A stretch of 64,000 nucleotides of DNA from Blastocatellia bacterium (lineage in GTDB: Bacteria > Acidobacteriota > Blastocatellia > DASRDY01): contig DASRDY010000170.1 of assembly GCA_035652355.1 (NCBI GenBank), positions 9,037 through 73,036 on the forward strand. The letters run 5' to 3'. The position numbers and the translations under genes were made by a program. Of this stretch, positions 9,469-18,873 are shown piece by piece (within the stretch, counting starts at the first letter, position 1; each line of letters begins with the position of its first letter). The notes beneath the pieces were generated by a model. That model saw only the letters and a program-made list of their open reading frames with translations, ran no database searches and had not been told where the DNA came from.

Positions 9469-12078
9469 ATGCCGTTCAAATTACCGGAAAGTACAACAAT
9501 TTGTCCTGATGATCCAGAAGCGTTATTTCGTGATCTACGAAAGCGCACGATTCCTGGTCTTCTATCGCACCAAGCAGATCTTCTGCGTAGTTATGTGCTG
9601 GTACATACCAAATATCCGGACATCGCCTTGCAGCTACCAACTGGCAGCGGAAAGACGCTCGTAGGATTGCTCATCGCAGAATGGCGGCGCAGAAAATATG
9701 GCGAACGTGTAGTGTACCTATGCCCGACAAGACAACTTGTAAACCAAGTTGCTCACCAGGCCAACCAGAAATATGGCCTTGATGTCCATGCATTCACGGG
9801 ATACAAGAAGAACTATGACGCCAGGAAATCTGCTGATTGGCAGAGCGCTGAAATAGTTGCGGTGACCAGTTATAGCAGTCTGTTCAACATTAACCCTTTC
9901 TTTTCTGATCCAAACTTAATCATCCTCGATGATGCCCATTCGGCGGAAAATTACATTTCGGCTTTTTGGTCTTTGCTGATCGAAAAGTCGAACGCGAATC
10001 ATGAATCAACATTTGCGGCACTGATGAGCATAATAATGCGTTTGCTGCCTAGCTACGATAAATCCCGGCTATCTGCTAGATCTAGCGGACCTGAAGATCA
10101 GCAGTGGGTCGAGAAATTGCCAACTCCAGTGTTCCAAAGCGTTGTGGATGAAGTTATTCCCTTACTCGATGAGTATACCCAGCAATCCGAACTGAAATAT
10201 CCATGGAGGTTGTTACGAGATTCGCTGTCGGCTTGTCATCTTTACGTCTCAAGACAAGCAATTCTCATTCGACCATTAATCCCTCCTTCAAATAATCACT
10301 TACCGTTTTCCGGAGCGAAGCAACGTCTTTACATGTCGGCAACACTCGGAGCAGGCGGCGACCTTGAACGAGTCACGGGTCGTCAACCAATACACACAAT
10401 CCCGGTTCCAGTAGGTTGGGATAAGCAGGGTATTGGCAGACGATTTTTCGTCTTTCCTCGACGTTCTTTTGATGACAGTGAAGCCGAAGGTTTCGCATTA
10501 AAAGCGATTGACCTGGCATGCCGGGCTCTATACCTCGTACCCGACGAGCGCTCTGCCGAGAAGGTCAGGGCACTTATCAAGAGCAGTCTTTCCTGCACTA
10601 CATTTGATGCTACTCAGATTGAGGAATCAAAGGAGCCTTTCGTGCAAAGCAAGAACGCCGTCGCTGTGATTGCAAACCGCTACGATGGTATTGACCTTGT
10701 TGATGACGATTGTAGGCTTCTTTTGGCTGACGGGCTCCCAGGTGGCGCAAATCTTCAGGAGCGTTTTTTCGTTCTTCGGGTAACTGCTCAGCTACTGTTA
10801 GAAGATCGAATCCTAACTCGTCTTGTCCAAGGGTTCGGCCGCTGTACTCGTTCACCAAACGATTATGCCGCTGTTGTGATCTTAGGTGAAAATCTAAATA
10901 AGTATTTACTCGATAAATCCAGAAGACGGTTTTTTCATCCCGAGATTCAGGCTGAACTCGAGTTTGGTATCGACCAGTCAAAGACCGACTCAATCGATGA
11001 TATGCTTGATCAACTTAAGCATTTTTGGGGGCAGGACGGTGATTGGGAGCAAGCAGATAACGCAATCGTAGCACTCAGAAACGGATTAACACAACACACG
11101 CTCCCTGCTACCAGAGAACTGGCGGATTCAGTGATTCCGGAGTTGGCCTACCAATATGCACTTTGGAATGCTGATTTCATTACAGCTCTTGAGCAATGTC
11201 GGGTGGTAATAAGCAAACTTACACATGAAGATCTTCGGGGATATCGTGCTCTTTGGTTGTATCTGGCCGGTTCGGCAGCGTGGCTAGCGTGCCAGAATGG
11301 TCAACTTCAAGACAATGAAATCGCTAAGGATTACTTCCGTAAGGCTCAGGCCGCAGCTCCCGTACTACGCTGGCTAATAGGGTTACAAGCAGACAGCGCT
11401 GATGCTAATTCTTCCTCCATCGTGATCAATACACAGCTAGTGACGATGATTGAGAGATTGGAATCCATATTAGAGAATATGGGCACAATACATGATCGAA
11501 GATATGCATCTGAAGAAAGCGCGATTCTCAACGCCCTGTTACAGAATTCAGATGGCAGGCTTTTTGAGAACGGTCGAGAACGGTTGGGGCGGTTGCTTGG
11601 TTACTCTACTGGAAATTCCTCAGAAGATGGAGCGCCTGACCCTTGGTGGATTGCAGACGATTCACTTTGTTTCGTATTCGAAGACCATGCCGAGGGAAAT
11701 CCCGAAACTGTATTTTCTGTTACTAAAGCCCGTCAGGCGGCTTCACATCCAGACTGGATAATGATAAATTTGCCGGAATGTCAGTCTGCCGAAGTCATCT
11801 CTGTGCTCGTCACTCCTTGCACACGTGCTACAAAGGGTGCAATTCCATCGCTGAAGAAAGTGCGCTACTGGAATTTGGTTGAATTCCGTTCGTGGGCACA
11901 AAATGCACTCCGTGTTTTGAGGGAAATTCGCCGAGATTTTCCTGGGCCTGGCAATTTGAAGTGGAGAACCGCCACCGCTCGAAAGCTCAGCGAAGCTAAC
12001 ATAGCCCCGCAGCAACTCAAGCTCATGCTGTCGCAAACAGCAGCAGACGCTATGATGTTGGTTGGTAGCAAGGAATAA
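9469..12078 (+). CDS. SF2 helicase, DinG/Rad3(XPD)-like DEAH-box type, with a roughly 400 aa uncharacterized C-terminal extension
   Basis: Motif I is LQLPTGSGKTLVG and motif Ia is LCPTRQL. Motif II is IILDDAHSAEN (DEAH-like) and motif III is YMSATLGAG. The Rad3-type motif VI is QGFGRCTRSPNDYAAVVILG (helicase C_2-like). There is no Fe-S Cys cluster between motifs Ia and II. A strong SD (GGGAGGTG) precedes the ATG. Its stop lies 5 nt before the next gene. Confidence 0.75.
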   Translation: MPFKLPESTTICPDDPEALFRDLRKRTIPGLLSHQADLLRSYVLVHTKYPDIALQLPTGSGKTLVGLLIAEWRRRKYGERVVYLCPTRQLVNQVAHQANQKYGLDVHAFTGYKKNYDARKSADWQSAEIVAVTSYSSLFNINPFFSDPNLIILDDAHSAENYISAFWSLLIEKSNANHESTFAALMSIIMRLLPSYDKSRLSARSSGPEDQQWVEKLPTPVFQSVVDEVIPLLDEYTQQSELKYPWRLLRDSLSACHLYVSRQAILIRPLIPPSNNHLPFSGAKQRLYMSATLGAGGDLERVTGRQPIHTIPVPVGWDKQGIGRRFFVFPRRSFDDSEAEGFALKAIDLACRALYLVPDERSAEKVRALIKSSLSCTTFDATQIEESKEPFVQSKNAVAVIANRYDGIDLVDDDCRLLLADGLPGGANLQERFFVLRVTAQLLLEDRILTRLVQGFGRCTRSPNDYAAVVILGENLNKYLLDKSRRRFFHPEIQAELEFGIDQSKTDSIDDMLDQLKHFWGQDGDWEQADNAIVALRNGLTQHTLPATRELADSVIPELAYQYALWNADFITALEQCRVVISKLTHEDLRGYRALWLYLAGSAAWLACQNGQLQDNEIAKDYFRKAQAAAPVLRWLIGLQADSADANSSSIVINTQLVTMIERLESILENMGTIHDRRYASEESAILNALLQNSDGRLFENGRERLGRLLGYSTGNSSEDGAPDPWWIADDSLCFVFEDHAEGNPETVFSVTKARQAASHPDWIMINLPECQSAEVISVLVTPCTRATKGAIPSLKKVRYWNLVEFRSWAQNALRVLREIRRDFPGPGNLKWRTATARKLSEANIAPQQLKLMLSQTAADAMMLVGSKE

Positions 12079-12083
12079 ATCTA

Positions 12084-15000
12084 ATGACCAATTTTGTCCT
12101 CCCATTGGATGCTTTTATCCGTGCTGTAGGAGCAAGTCGTAATGTTCCACATGCGCTTTTCCTCGGTGCTGGCGCTTCAATAACGTCGGGAATGCCTTCG
12201 GCTCAAATGTGTATCTGGGAATGGAAACGGAATATTTTCCTAACGAACAACCTCGGCCTTGAACCCCAATTTGCAGAGTTGTCTCTTGTCAGCGTCCGGG
12301 ACCGTATACAGCGTTGGCTAAATCGGCAAGGGATCTATCCGCCTAATGGCGCACCTGAAGAATACAGTGTCTATATCGAGGCTTGTTTTCCGATTGCAGA
12401 AAGTCGACGATCCTTTTTTCAAGAGAAAGTTCGCGCGTCGGTACCACATATAGGTTATAAACTCCTTGCCCTCTTAGCATCTAAATCACTGATAAAATCT
12501 ATATGGACCACTAATTTCGATCAGCTAGCAAGCCGATCGGCTTCGGCATCGAATGTTGTGCCGGTTGAGATTGGTCTGGACTCTGCTCATCGCATAGTGA
12601 GGCCCACTAGAGCCGGTGAGTTGCTCATTGTGTCCTTACATGGCGATTATCGCTATGATCATTTAAAGAACACAAGCGAAGAGATAAAACGACAGGAGCA
12701 GGATCTTGAACTCGCATTAATTGAAGTAGTGCGAAGCTCCCCTGTTATTATCTCAGGATACAGCGGACGAGATGAGTCGATAATGGTGGCATTATGTTGT
12801 GCCCTAGAACAGAAGGGGTCTAGTCCTTTGTTCTGGTGCGTTCAGGATTCGGATAATGTGCCTAAATCTGTTCTTGATTTGATTTCTAATGCTCGCGCTT
12901 GTGGACGTGAGGCATATATCATCCCAACACAAGGATTCGATGACGTCATGATTCGACTCGCGCTCCATTGCCTTGACGGAGATACTCAAGCTCAAGCAAC
13001 ACGACTAATCGCACAGAATAGTGGGAGTCTAGGCACATCACGGCCTGCCTTCCGAATCACTACTTCCACTCCAATAACGGTCCTTAAAAGTAATGCTTTT
13101 GAAATTGAATGCCCATCGGAGCCGATAGCCTTTGAGCTAAAAAATTGGCCGAAGGAAAAGGTTTGGACGTGGGTGCGAGAGCAAACAGCGGAAAAGACTG
13201 TGACGGCGGTGCCGTTTAAAGGGAAGATCTTTGCCCTTGGGACAATTGAGGATGTGCGAGCCTGTTTTGGGAACAATATCAAAGATATTCCTCGGCCTAC
13301 GCCTCTTCCGGAGGGAAGCCTTCGGTTTGAAGATGGCGCTATCACCTGTTTAATGCGTGAGGCGTTGGTTCACTCCATAGTTCTGGCCACCGGACTTCGT
13401 TCGGATGGATCACGTGAATTATGGGCTGAGGACACGGTTCATGACGAGTCGTTAGAGGGCGAATTGTTTCGAATTTTTGAGTCGGTTCATTTAACCCTTC
13501 GTCAGATTGACGGACGGTCATTTCTCATACTTAAGCCCTCAATCAAAGTGCTGACCATTTCAGGAGATACCGTACCTACTTTGAAGTCCAATGCTTTGAA
13601 GTTGCGGATTCTCGGCTGGCAACACAATAAGGAATTTAATCAAGCTGTCAATTTCTGGCGGAAAAGGCTTTTGACGACTGACCGCTCGGAGAGAATCTAT
13701 GAATATCCTTTTAAGAGCGGCGCTCCGTTCAGGTTCTCAATTCGTCGATCACCCGCTTTTGCGGAGATCACCAGTGATAGAGGAGCACGTGGTATTAATG
13801 TCGACACAAAAATCCGTCCACTGCTTATACAAAAAGGACTTCAAATTGATGAACCGAGACTAGTGTTTTGCAATAGGTCTGGAACGGGTAACGTCAAGAA
13901 CGTACATCCGGTCAGAGGATTGTTGAGTAATCGGCCATTCGATTTTCCGCTTACTATGCGAGGATTAAGCAGCGAAATCCGGATGGGAGTTGTGTGTCCG
14001 AAAGCAGAGGCGAAGGCACTTCAATCGTATCTGATGCGGTCGGAACAACAGATTGAGCCTAACCGTCAAGAGTTAGATTATCTCCCGTCTTATCCTGGGT
14101 TTAAAAATGCTTTCGGTTTGGAACTCAAAATTGGAGATCAGGGTAATGCCGGATGGGTCATCTGCCCTGAACCAAATGGACAAAACGATCAAGCCAATGC
14201 ATTGGAGATCGGTAAAAATATTAACAGATCAATTGATACTCTTCAGGCTTCCTTTGCACCAAACCTTGTGCTCATTTTTTTTCCTGAACGGTGGTCGCGT
14301 TTTCGCGGATACAATACAGACCACGAACATTTTGACGTTCACGACTTTGTCAAAGCCAGCAGTGTTCAAAAAGGCATCGGGACACAGTTTTTGGACCAAA
14401 GTACTTTGGCTGATGGACTTCAATGCCGAGTGTGGTGGTGGCTGTCACTGGCATTTTATGTCAAAGCGATGCGCACGCCCTGGGTTCTCGATGAACTCGA
14501 CAGAAACACTGCATTCGTCGGGCTCGGGATGAGCTACGACTTTAGCCGCGATAAAAATAAACATATCGTTCTCGGATGCAGTCATATATACAGTTCACGC
14601 GGCGAAGGACTTCAGTATCGCTTGAGTCCAGTCGAGAATCCAGTTTTCTTCGGAAAGAATCCGTTCTTATCGCGAGACGACGCAAGACGTGTCGGAGAGC
14701 AGGTTCGTGAACTGTTCTTTGAGTCCCGGTCAACCCTGCCCGACCGAGTTGTAGTTCATAAACGCACAAGATTTACAAAGGACGAACAGCAAGGACTGAG
14801 AGAAGGGCTTAGCGGCGTGTCGGAGATCGACATGCTGGAAATCATAATTGATGATGCCTTACGCTACGTAGCTTCGGCCGCTGATGCGCGAGGACTTCTG
14901 CACGAAGACAATTATCCGGTTCAACGAGGAAGTGTTGTTCGACTTGACGATTTTACAGCCCTCTTGTGGGTACATGGCGCCACTTCGGCAATCGGCAATC

Positions 15001-15242
15001 GCCGTTATTATCAAGGAAAAAGGCGAATACCGGCTCCTCTTAGGATCAGACGCCACGCAGGGCAATCTGACGTAAAGATTCTTGCAGAAGAAATTCTGGG
15101 TCTTTCAAAAATGAACTGGAACACATTTGATTTATATACGAAGTTACCGACGACGGTTCAGTCATCAAACGAAATCGCCAGGATCGGATCACTCCTTACT
15201 CCTTTTCACCCTCGGGGGTACGATTTCCGATTGTTCATCTAA
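12084..15242 (+). CDS. Fused SIR2-APAZ-PIWI protein (short prokaryotic Argonaute with an N-terminal SIR2 NADase-like domain; SPARSA-like, single polypeptide)
   Basis: The N-terminus has the SIR2-like Rossmann motif HALFLGAGASITSGMPS. The C-terminal about 450 aa has a MID/PIWI-like pattern: FVKASSVQKGIGTQFL, AFVGLGMSYD, RVVVHKRTRFTKDEQQGL and RRIPAPLRIRRH at the C-terminus. There is no RDG/DEDX catalytic pattern, which fits an inactive short pAgo. The 1052 aa length fits SIR2-APAZ-Ago fusions. Confidence 0.6.
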   Translation: MTNFVLPLDAFIRAVGASRNVPHALFLGAGASITSGMPSAQMCIWEWKRNIFLTNNLGLEPQFAELSLVSVRDRIQRWLNRQGIYPPNGAPEEYSVYIEACFPIAESRRSFFQEKVRASVPHIGYKLLALLASKSLIKSIWTTNFDQLASRSASASNVVPVEIGLDSAHRIVRPTRAGELLIVSLHGDYRYDHLKNTSEEIKRQEQDLELALIEVVRSSPVIISGYSGRDESIMVALCCALEQKGSSPLFWCVQDSDNVPKSVLDLISNARACGREAYIIPTQGFDDVMIRLALHCLDGDTQAQATRLIAQNSGSLGTSRPAFRITTSTPITVLKSNAFEIECPSEPIAFELKNWPKEKVWTWVREQTAEKTVTAVPFKGKIFALGTIEDVRACFGNNIKDIPRPTPLPEGSLRFEDGAITCLMREALVHSIVLATGLRSDGSRELWAEDTVHDESLEGELFRIFESVHLTLRQIDGRSFLILKPSIKVLTISGDTVPTLKSNALKLRILGWQHNKEFNQAVNFWRKRLLTTDRSERIYEYPFKSGAPFRFSIRRSPAFAEITSDRGARGINVDTKIRPLLIQKGLQIDEPRLVFCNRSGTGNVKNVHPVRGLLSNRPFDFPLTMRGLSSEIRMGVVCPKAEAKALQSYLMRSEQQIEPNRQELDYLPSYPGFKNAFGLELKIGDQGNAGWVICPEPNGQNDQANALEIGKNINRSIDTLQASFAPNLVLIFFPERWSRFRGYNTDHEHFDVHDFVKASSVQKGIGTQFLDQSTLADGLQCRVWWWLSLAFYVKAMRTPWVLDELDRNTAFVGLGMSYDFSRDKNKHIVLGCSHIYSSRGEGLQYRLSPVENPVFFGKNPFLSRDDARRVGEQVRELFFESRSTLPDRVVVHKRTRFTKDEQQGLREGLSGVSEIDMLEIIIDDALRYVASAADARGLLHEDNYPVQRGSVVRLDDFTALLWVHGATSAIGNRRYYQGKRRIPAPLRIRRHAGQSDVKILAEEILGLSKMNWNTFDLYTKLPTTVQSSNEIARIGSLLTPFHPRGYDFRLFI

Positions 15243-15402
15243 GGTTGCTGGTGCGAATGCCATAGAATGATATCCCTGATCTGACGATCCAGAGATGAGA
15301 GATCGGTGATATGCATTTCGGTGCGGCCTACACTCATATTGAACTAGCCCAACCAGTCTATTCCCGCAGTTTCCTCCGGTTACATTCTGAAGAACACATC
15401 GT

Positions 15403-15700
15403 GTCTTGTTGCTTTGTCTCCAGCGTTAAAAAGGCGGGATTGGCCGGGTGCCCACGGTCACCGGAATCGATGCTCACGCCGCCGGAATTAGTTGCTCACG
15501 ATGAGCCGGAATATGCAGTAATGACTGATGATATTTTTAAAGTGCGAGTTTTCTTGAATGCTGCTTTTCGAATAACACACAATTAGAGCGCGAGTCTTAT
15601 AGCTTTGTCCCCAGCATTAAAACAGTGGAGGTGCTCGCGTCGCCGAAGCGAGTGCTCACGATGAGCCGAAATATGCAATCGATTGCCCGCATCACCAATT
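15403..15700. repeat. Tandem imperfect direct repeat. Two copies of about 105-125 nt lie at 15403..15530 and 15594..15700 and are roughly 70-75% identical. They sit immediately downstream of the pAgo gene.
   Basis: The blocks GTCTTnTnGCTTTGTCnCCAGCnTTAAAA and GTGCTCACGATGAGCCGnAATATGCAnT are shared between the copies. Seen directly in the sequence. Confidence 0.5.
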
Positions 15701-15776
15701 CTAAACCGTTTCAATCTGAACGCGGTCATACCAGTATTGGATAAGGCTACGACAACTAGTTCAAATTATGAGGGAG

Positions 15777-17243
15777 TCACTGAATCCACAAGCCAAACCC
15801 GAGCGGATCGAGTAGGCCACTGTTGACACCTTCGCCAACAAGAAGCCGTCCCAGACCCCCTGGCAGTGACAAGAGACGTTCTTTTGCGAGATTCGCGACC
15901 AGAACCAACCTACCCGCAATTCGCCTAATTATAATCCCACTATCACCGAGTTGTTCAATGGAATCGCCTTTTATTAGTCGTTCAATATTGAATTCATCAT
16001 TTAATGAATCAAGCACTCTAAGGAGCTCAATTACACTCTTGTGATCGATTGAAGTCGCTACGTTTGCGACAAAATCCTCCAGCATGGGAATTCTATTAAG
16101 GCCCCTCGGATCCGTTTTAGGACCACTATCGGTTCCCTGCTCAGGCCGAAAGCCGTATAGGATTGGAAGATATATATAACATACCCCCGGAAGAAAGGCC
16201 GTAATAGCTATGGCTATCTTAATTCGACGCCACATTCCTTCGATAGTCGTGCCTAAAGTGCAACTGAACGGAAAGGAGCTGTTGAATTCGTATGGACGGC
16301 CTTCGATCACTCGCGGGCTCACTTCATGTTCCTCGAAAGCTGTTACTAACATACGACGTTCACTCTCCTTAAGCAGTGACGTTTTTAATAATATGCCGTC
16401 GTGAGATCGCAAAGCTCGCAATACCGGTATATCTGCACGTAACATTCTGTTTACATGTGAGATTAATGAACCAGGTCTGCCCGTGAGTATTGCCAAAATA
16501 AGGGCGGCAGAGTATGCAAAGTCCGTTAGGGGTGCGTCAAATGAGCCTCTACCGGAAAAATATCGTCTGCCCCAACTATCACAGTTTAGTTGCGGCAGGA
16601 TTTTGAATCCGTACTTTTGTGCGTTTGCCACAATATCCCTCGCATACTGAATGCCGAGGGGGTGGTGCCTTTGACGCTCTCCAAGCTTCTTTCCGTAATA
16701 TGCAACGCTGTCGAGGCGAATGCCCCAGACACCGAGTTCGGCGATAAGAGCTTGGTGTTGCTGTATTGCTGCCTGTACTTCTCCATTGGCCAGCTGAACA
16801 TCAATTGCTCTGCTAGAGAATGTCTGCCATGCCCACCAAATATCCCCCTGTACCGAATGTGGGACAAATACAGACCCTCCTCGCGGCGACAATACACGTT
16901 GCGAAGGGCGAAAAGGGAAAACATGAAGGCGTTCGGCACCCGCCCCTGTTTCAGTCCATTCGCGGCACCATTGATGATTCAATCCAACATGATTATAGAT
17001 CCCGTCAATAATGATCCTTCTCTGCCGCGCCAATCTCCGAACATCCTCCCAAGTTCCAAAGGTAGGATCAACTTTGAACCAGTCAGTAGAGGCAAACCCT
17101 CCGTCTCCATCGGCCGGACCGAAAGGTAATATATGTAAAGCGATACCGGGCGGCAACTCCGTAGCAACCTCGTACAAGGTACCTAATGGCGACTGAATGT
17201 CGCTCCGGATAATACTCTTTGGATAAGCACCGACTATTATCAT
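15777..17243 (-). CDS. Glycoside hydrolase family 13-like protein (alpha-amylase / sucrose-phosphorylase-like catalytic domain)
   Basis: A region I-like IDGIYNHVG and a region II-like GIRLDSVAYY. The family call is tentative. Confidence 0.45.
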   Translation of the reverse strand: MIIVGAYPKSIIRSDIQSPLGTLYEVATELPPGIALHILPFGPADGDGGFASTDWFKVDPTFGTWEDVRRLARQRRIIIDGIYNHVGLNHQWCREWTETGAGAERLHVFPFRPSQRVLSPRGGSVFVPHSVQGDIWWAWQTFSSRAIDVQLANGEVQAAIQQHQALIAELGVWGIRLDSVAYYGKKLGERQRHHPLGIQYARDIVANAQKYGFKILPQLNCDSWGRRYFSGRGSFDAPLTDFAYSAALILAILTGRPGSLISHVNRMLRADIPVLRALRSHDGILLKTSLLKESERRMLVTAFEEHEVSPRVIEGRPYEFNSSFPFSCTLGTTIEGMWRRIKIAIAITAFLPGVCYIYLPILYGFRPEQGTDSGPKTDPRGLNRIPMLEDFVANVATSIDHKSVIELLRVLDSLNDEFNIERLIKGDSIEQLGDSGIIIRRIAGRLVLVANLAKERLLSLPGGLGRLLVGEGVNSGLLDPLGFGLWIQ

Positions 17244-17292
17244 TTCAATGCGACGATTTTATTCGAATTGAAGCCCAAAGCGCGAGAGCAAG

Positions 17293-18783
17293 TCATGACA
17301 GTCTTGCAAGCTTATTAGCCAGTATTGATATTAATGCTCCTAGCATTACATACCCGGCCATCACCAGAGCAACAACTATTACCTTCCCCGAATTGCTAGC
17401 AGGAGACATTTCACTGAACCCCAACGTTGTGAACATCGCCGCAGAAAAGCAGAGAGAGCGAAAAAATGAGGGCTTTGAAATCACGATATGCTGCGAGAGT
17501 TCATGTCTTGGAAGCCGTATCGACTGCGGGTTCATCGCCCCGTCTCCGTCGGCCTGCTGGCCTGTGCCTGACTCTGTAACGGGCCGATTAATTTGGGGAG
17601 GACTAGAAAGCTCCTCGTATTCAGGGACATAGAACGGAATTCTAGTCAAGATTGTCGCAAAAATGAACAAAACGCAGCATGTGAAGATTGTCCAGCGTGC
17701 TATACTTTGACCGTAATTGCAGGTTATTCCCCAGAGGCGAATGATCAGTCTTTTGCTCTTGCTTTCTGAACTCTGATTCCAGTATTCCATTATTAATTGT
17801 GCGTCCGCCACTCTTCGCCGAATTGAGGGTGTCAACCCCATTATGTCCTGGACCGAATGCGAAAATATGCTATCCGATATAATCGGCGCTCCAAGCAGGG
17901 TAGATTGTATAGGCTCTAACGTCCACATTGGGTCAACAATTCTGGTATTGAATAACGTCGCTAAGTGTAAATTAAGAGAGTCCAGTGAAGGTCTAACCAG
18001 AATGGCTGAGCTTAAGTCCAAACCCACCGCATCAGTGTTGCTAAATTCAACATCTTCGATGCGTGAGCAATCTAACCTTGTATTGCGGATAGAGCACACT
18101 AGAAAACTGGAGCGGCTGATAGTGGAACCAGACAGGATTGCTCTATCAAGATTACATGACTGTAACTCGGTATTAATAATGCTAGCACTGGACAGGTAAC
18201 TTCCGCCCATTCTGCAGTCTGTTAATACTGCGTCGACGAGAGATGCACTCTCAAGATTAGTTTCAGAAAGACTCACGTTAATCAATTTTGCGTTGTCCAA
18301 TACTGCACGTCGACAATCCGAATGACTTAGATCGCAATTCGTGATTACGGCATCTGTTAAATCAATATCTGGAGCTGTTATTCGTGCAAGCGTAGTCCCC
18401 GAGAAAGATGAGTGATGGAATTTCGAATTGGATAGATCGGCCCCAGAAGCATCGGCGCTGGAAAAATCGGCTGATGTCGCGCTTACATTTCTGAGAACCG
18501 CTTCTCGGAGATGTGCTCTTCTGAAGTCCGTACCATCCAGCAGAGCGCCCGTGAGATCGATTCCAGCAAGATCTTGATCGCTTAAATCGGCGGCAATAAG
18601 GTCTGGTATTATCCCAGATTGCCGTCTCCAGACATTCCATTTGTCGACACCCTGCAAAATTTTGTCCAAATGTTCGGCGTTTGCCATTCGCCTCCTTTGC
18701 TTGTGAGTCTTAATTAAGAGTAGAGTAAGTACTAGTAAGCACCTGACCCAACAGACTTGCCGTTTACGATAATAACTGCTCAA
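17293..18783 (-). CDS. Pentapeptide-repeat protein fused to a C-terminal two-TM pore-loop (ion-channel-like) domain
   Basis: Numerous A(D/N)LSxx pentapeptide repeats. The C-terminus has two hydrophobic helices flanking FTTLGFSEM, a pore-loop-like sequence. The likely start is the internal Met at 18687 (MANAEHLDK). Confidence 0.55.
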   Translation of the reverse strand: MSSYYRKRQVCWVRCLLVLTLLLIKTHKQRRRMANAEHLDKILQGVDKWNVWRRQSGIIPDLIAADLSDQDLAGIDLTGALLDGTDFRRAHLREAVLRNVSATSADFSSADASGADLSNSKFHHSSFSGTTLARITAPDIDLTDAVITNCDLSHSDCRRAVLDNAKLINVSLSETNLESASLVDAVLTDCRMGGSYLSSASIINTELQSCNLDRAILSGSTISRSSFLVCSIRNTRLDCSRIEDVEFSNTDAVGLDLSSAILVRPSLDSLNLHLATLFNTRIVDPMWTLEPIQSTLLGAPIISDSIFSHSVQDIMGLTPSIRRRVADAQLIMEYWNQSSESKSKRLIIRLWGITCNYGQSIARWTIFTCCVLFIFATILTRIPFYVPEYEELSSPPQINRPVTESGTGQQADGDGAMNPQSIRLPRHELSQHIVISKPSFFRSLCFSAAMFTTLGFSEMSPASNSGKVIVVALVMAGYVMLGALISILANKLARLS

Positions 18784-18873
18784 ACGCGGAAAACCAACTA
18801 GCTACCAAATGCTCTAGCCGCAAGCTTTCTGAGGATAATAGATTACTCATTAACAACCTGATGAATGCTCTAC

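Noticed and set aside
16590-17129. 179-aa plus-strand ORF
   Set aside because: Antisense to the GH13-like gene. No recognisable domain.
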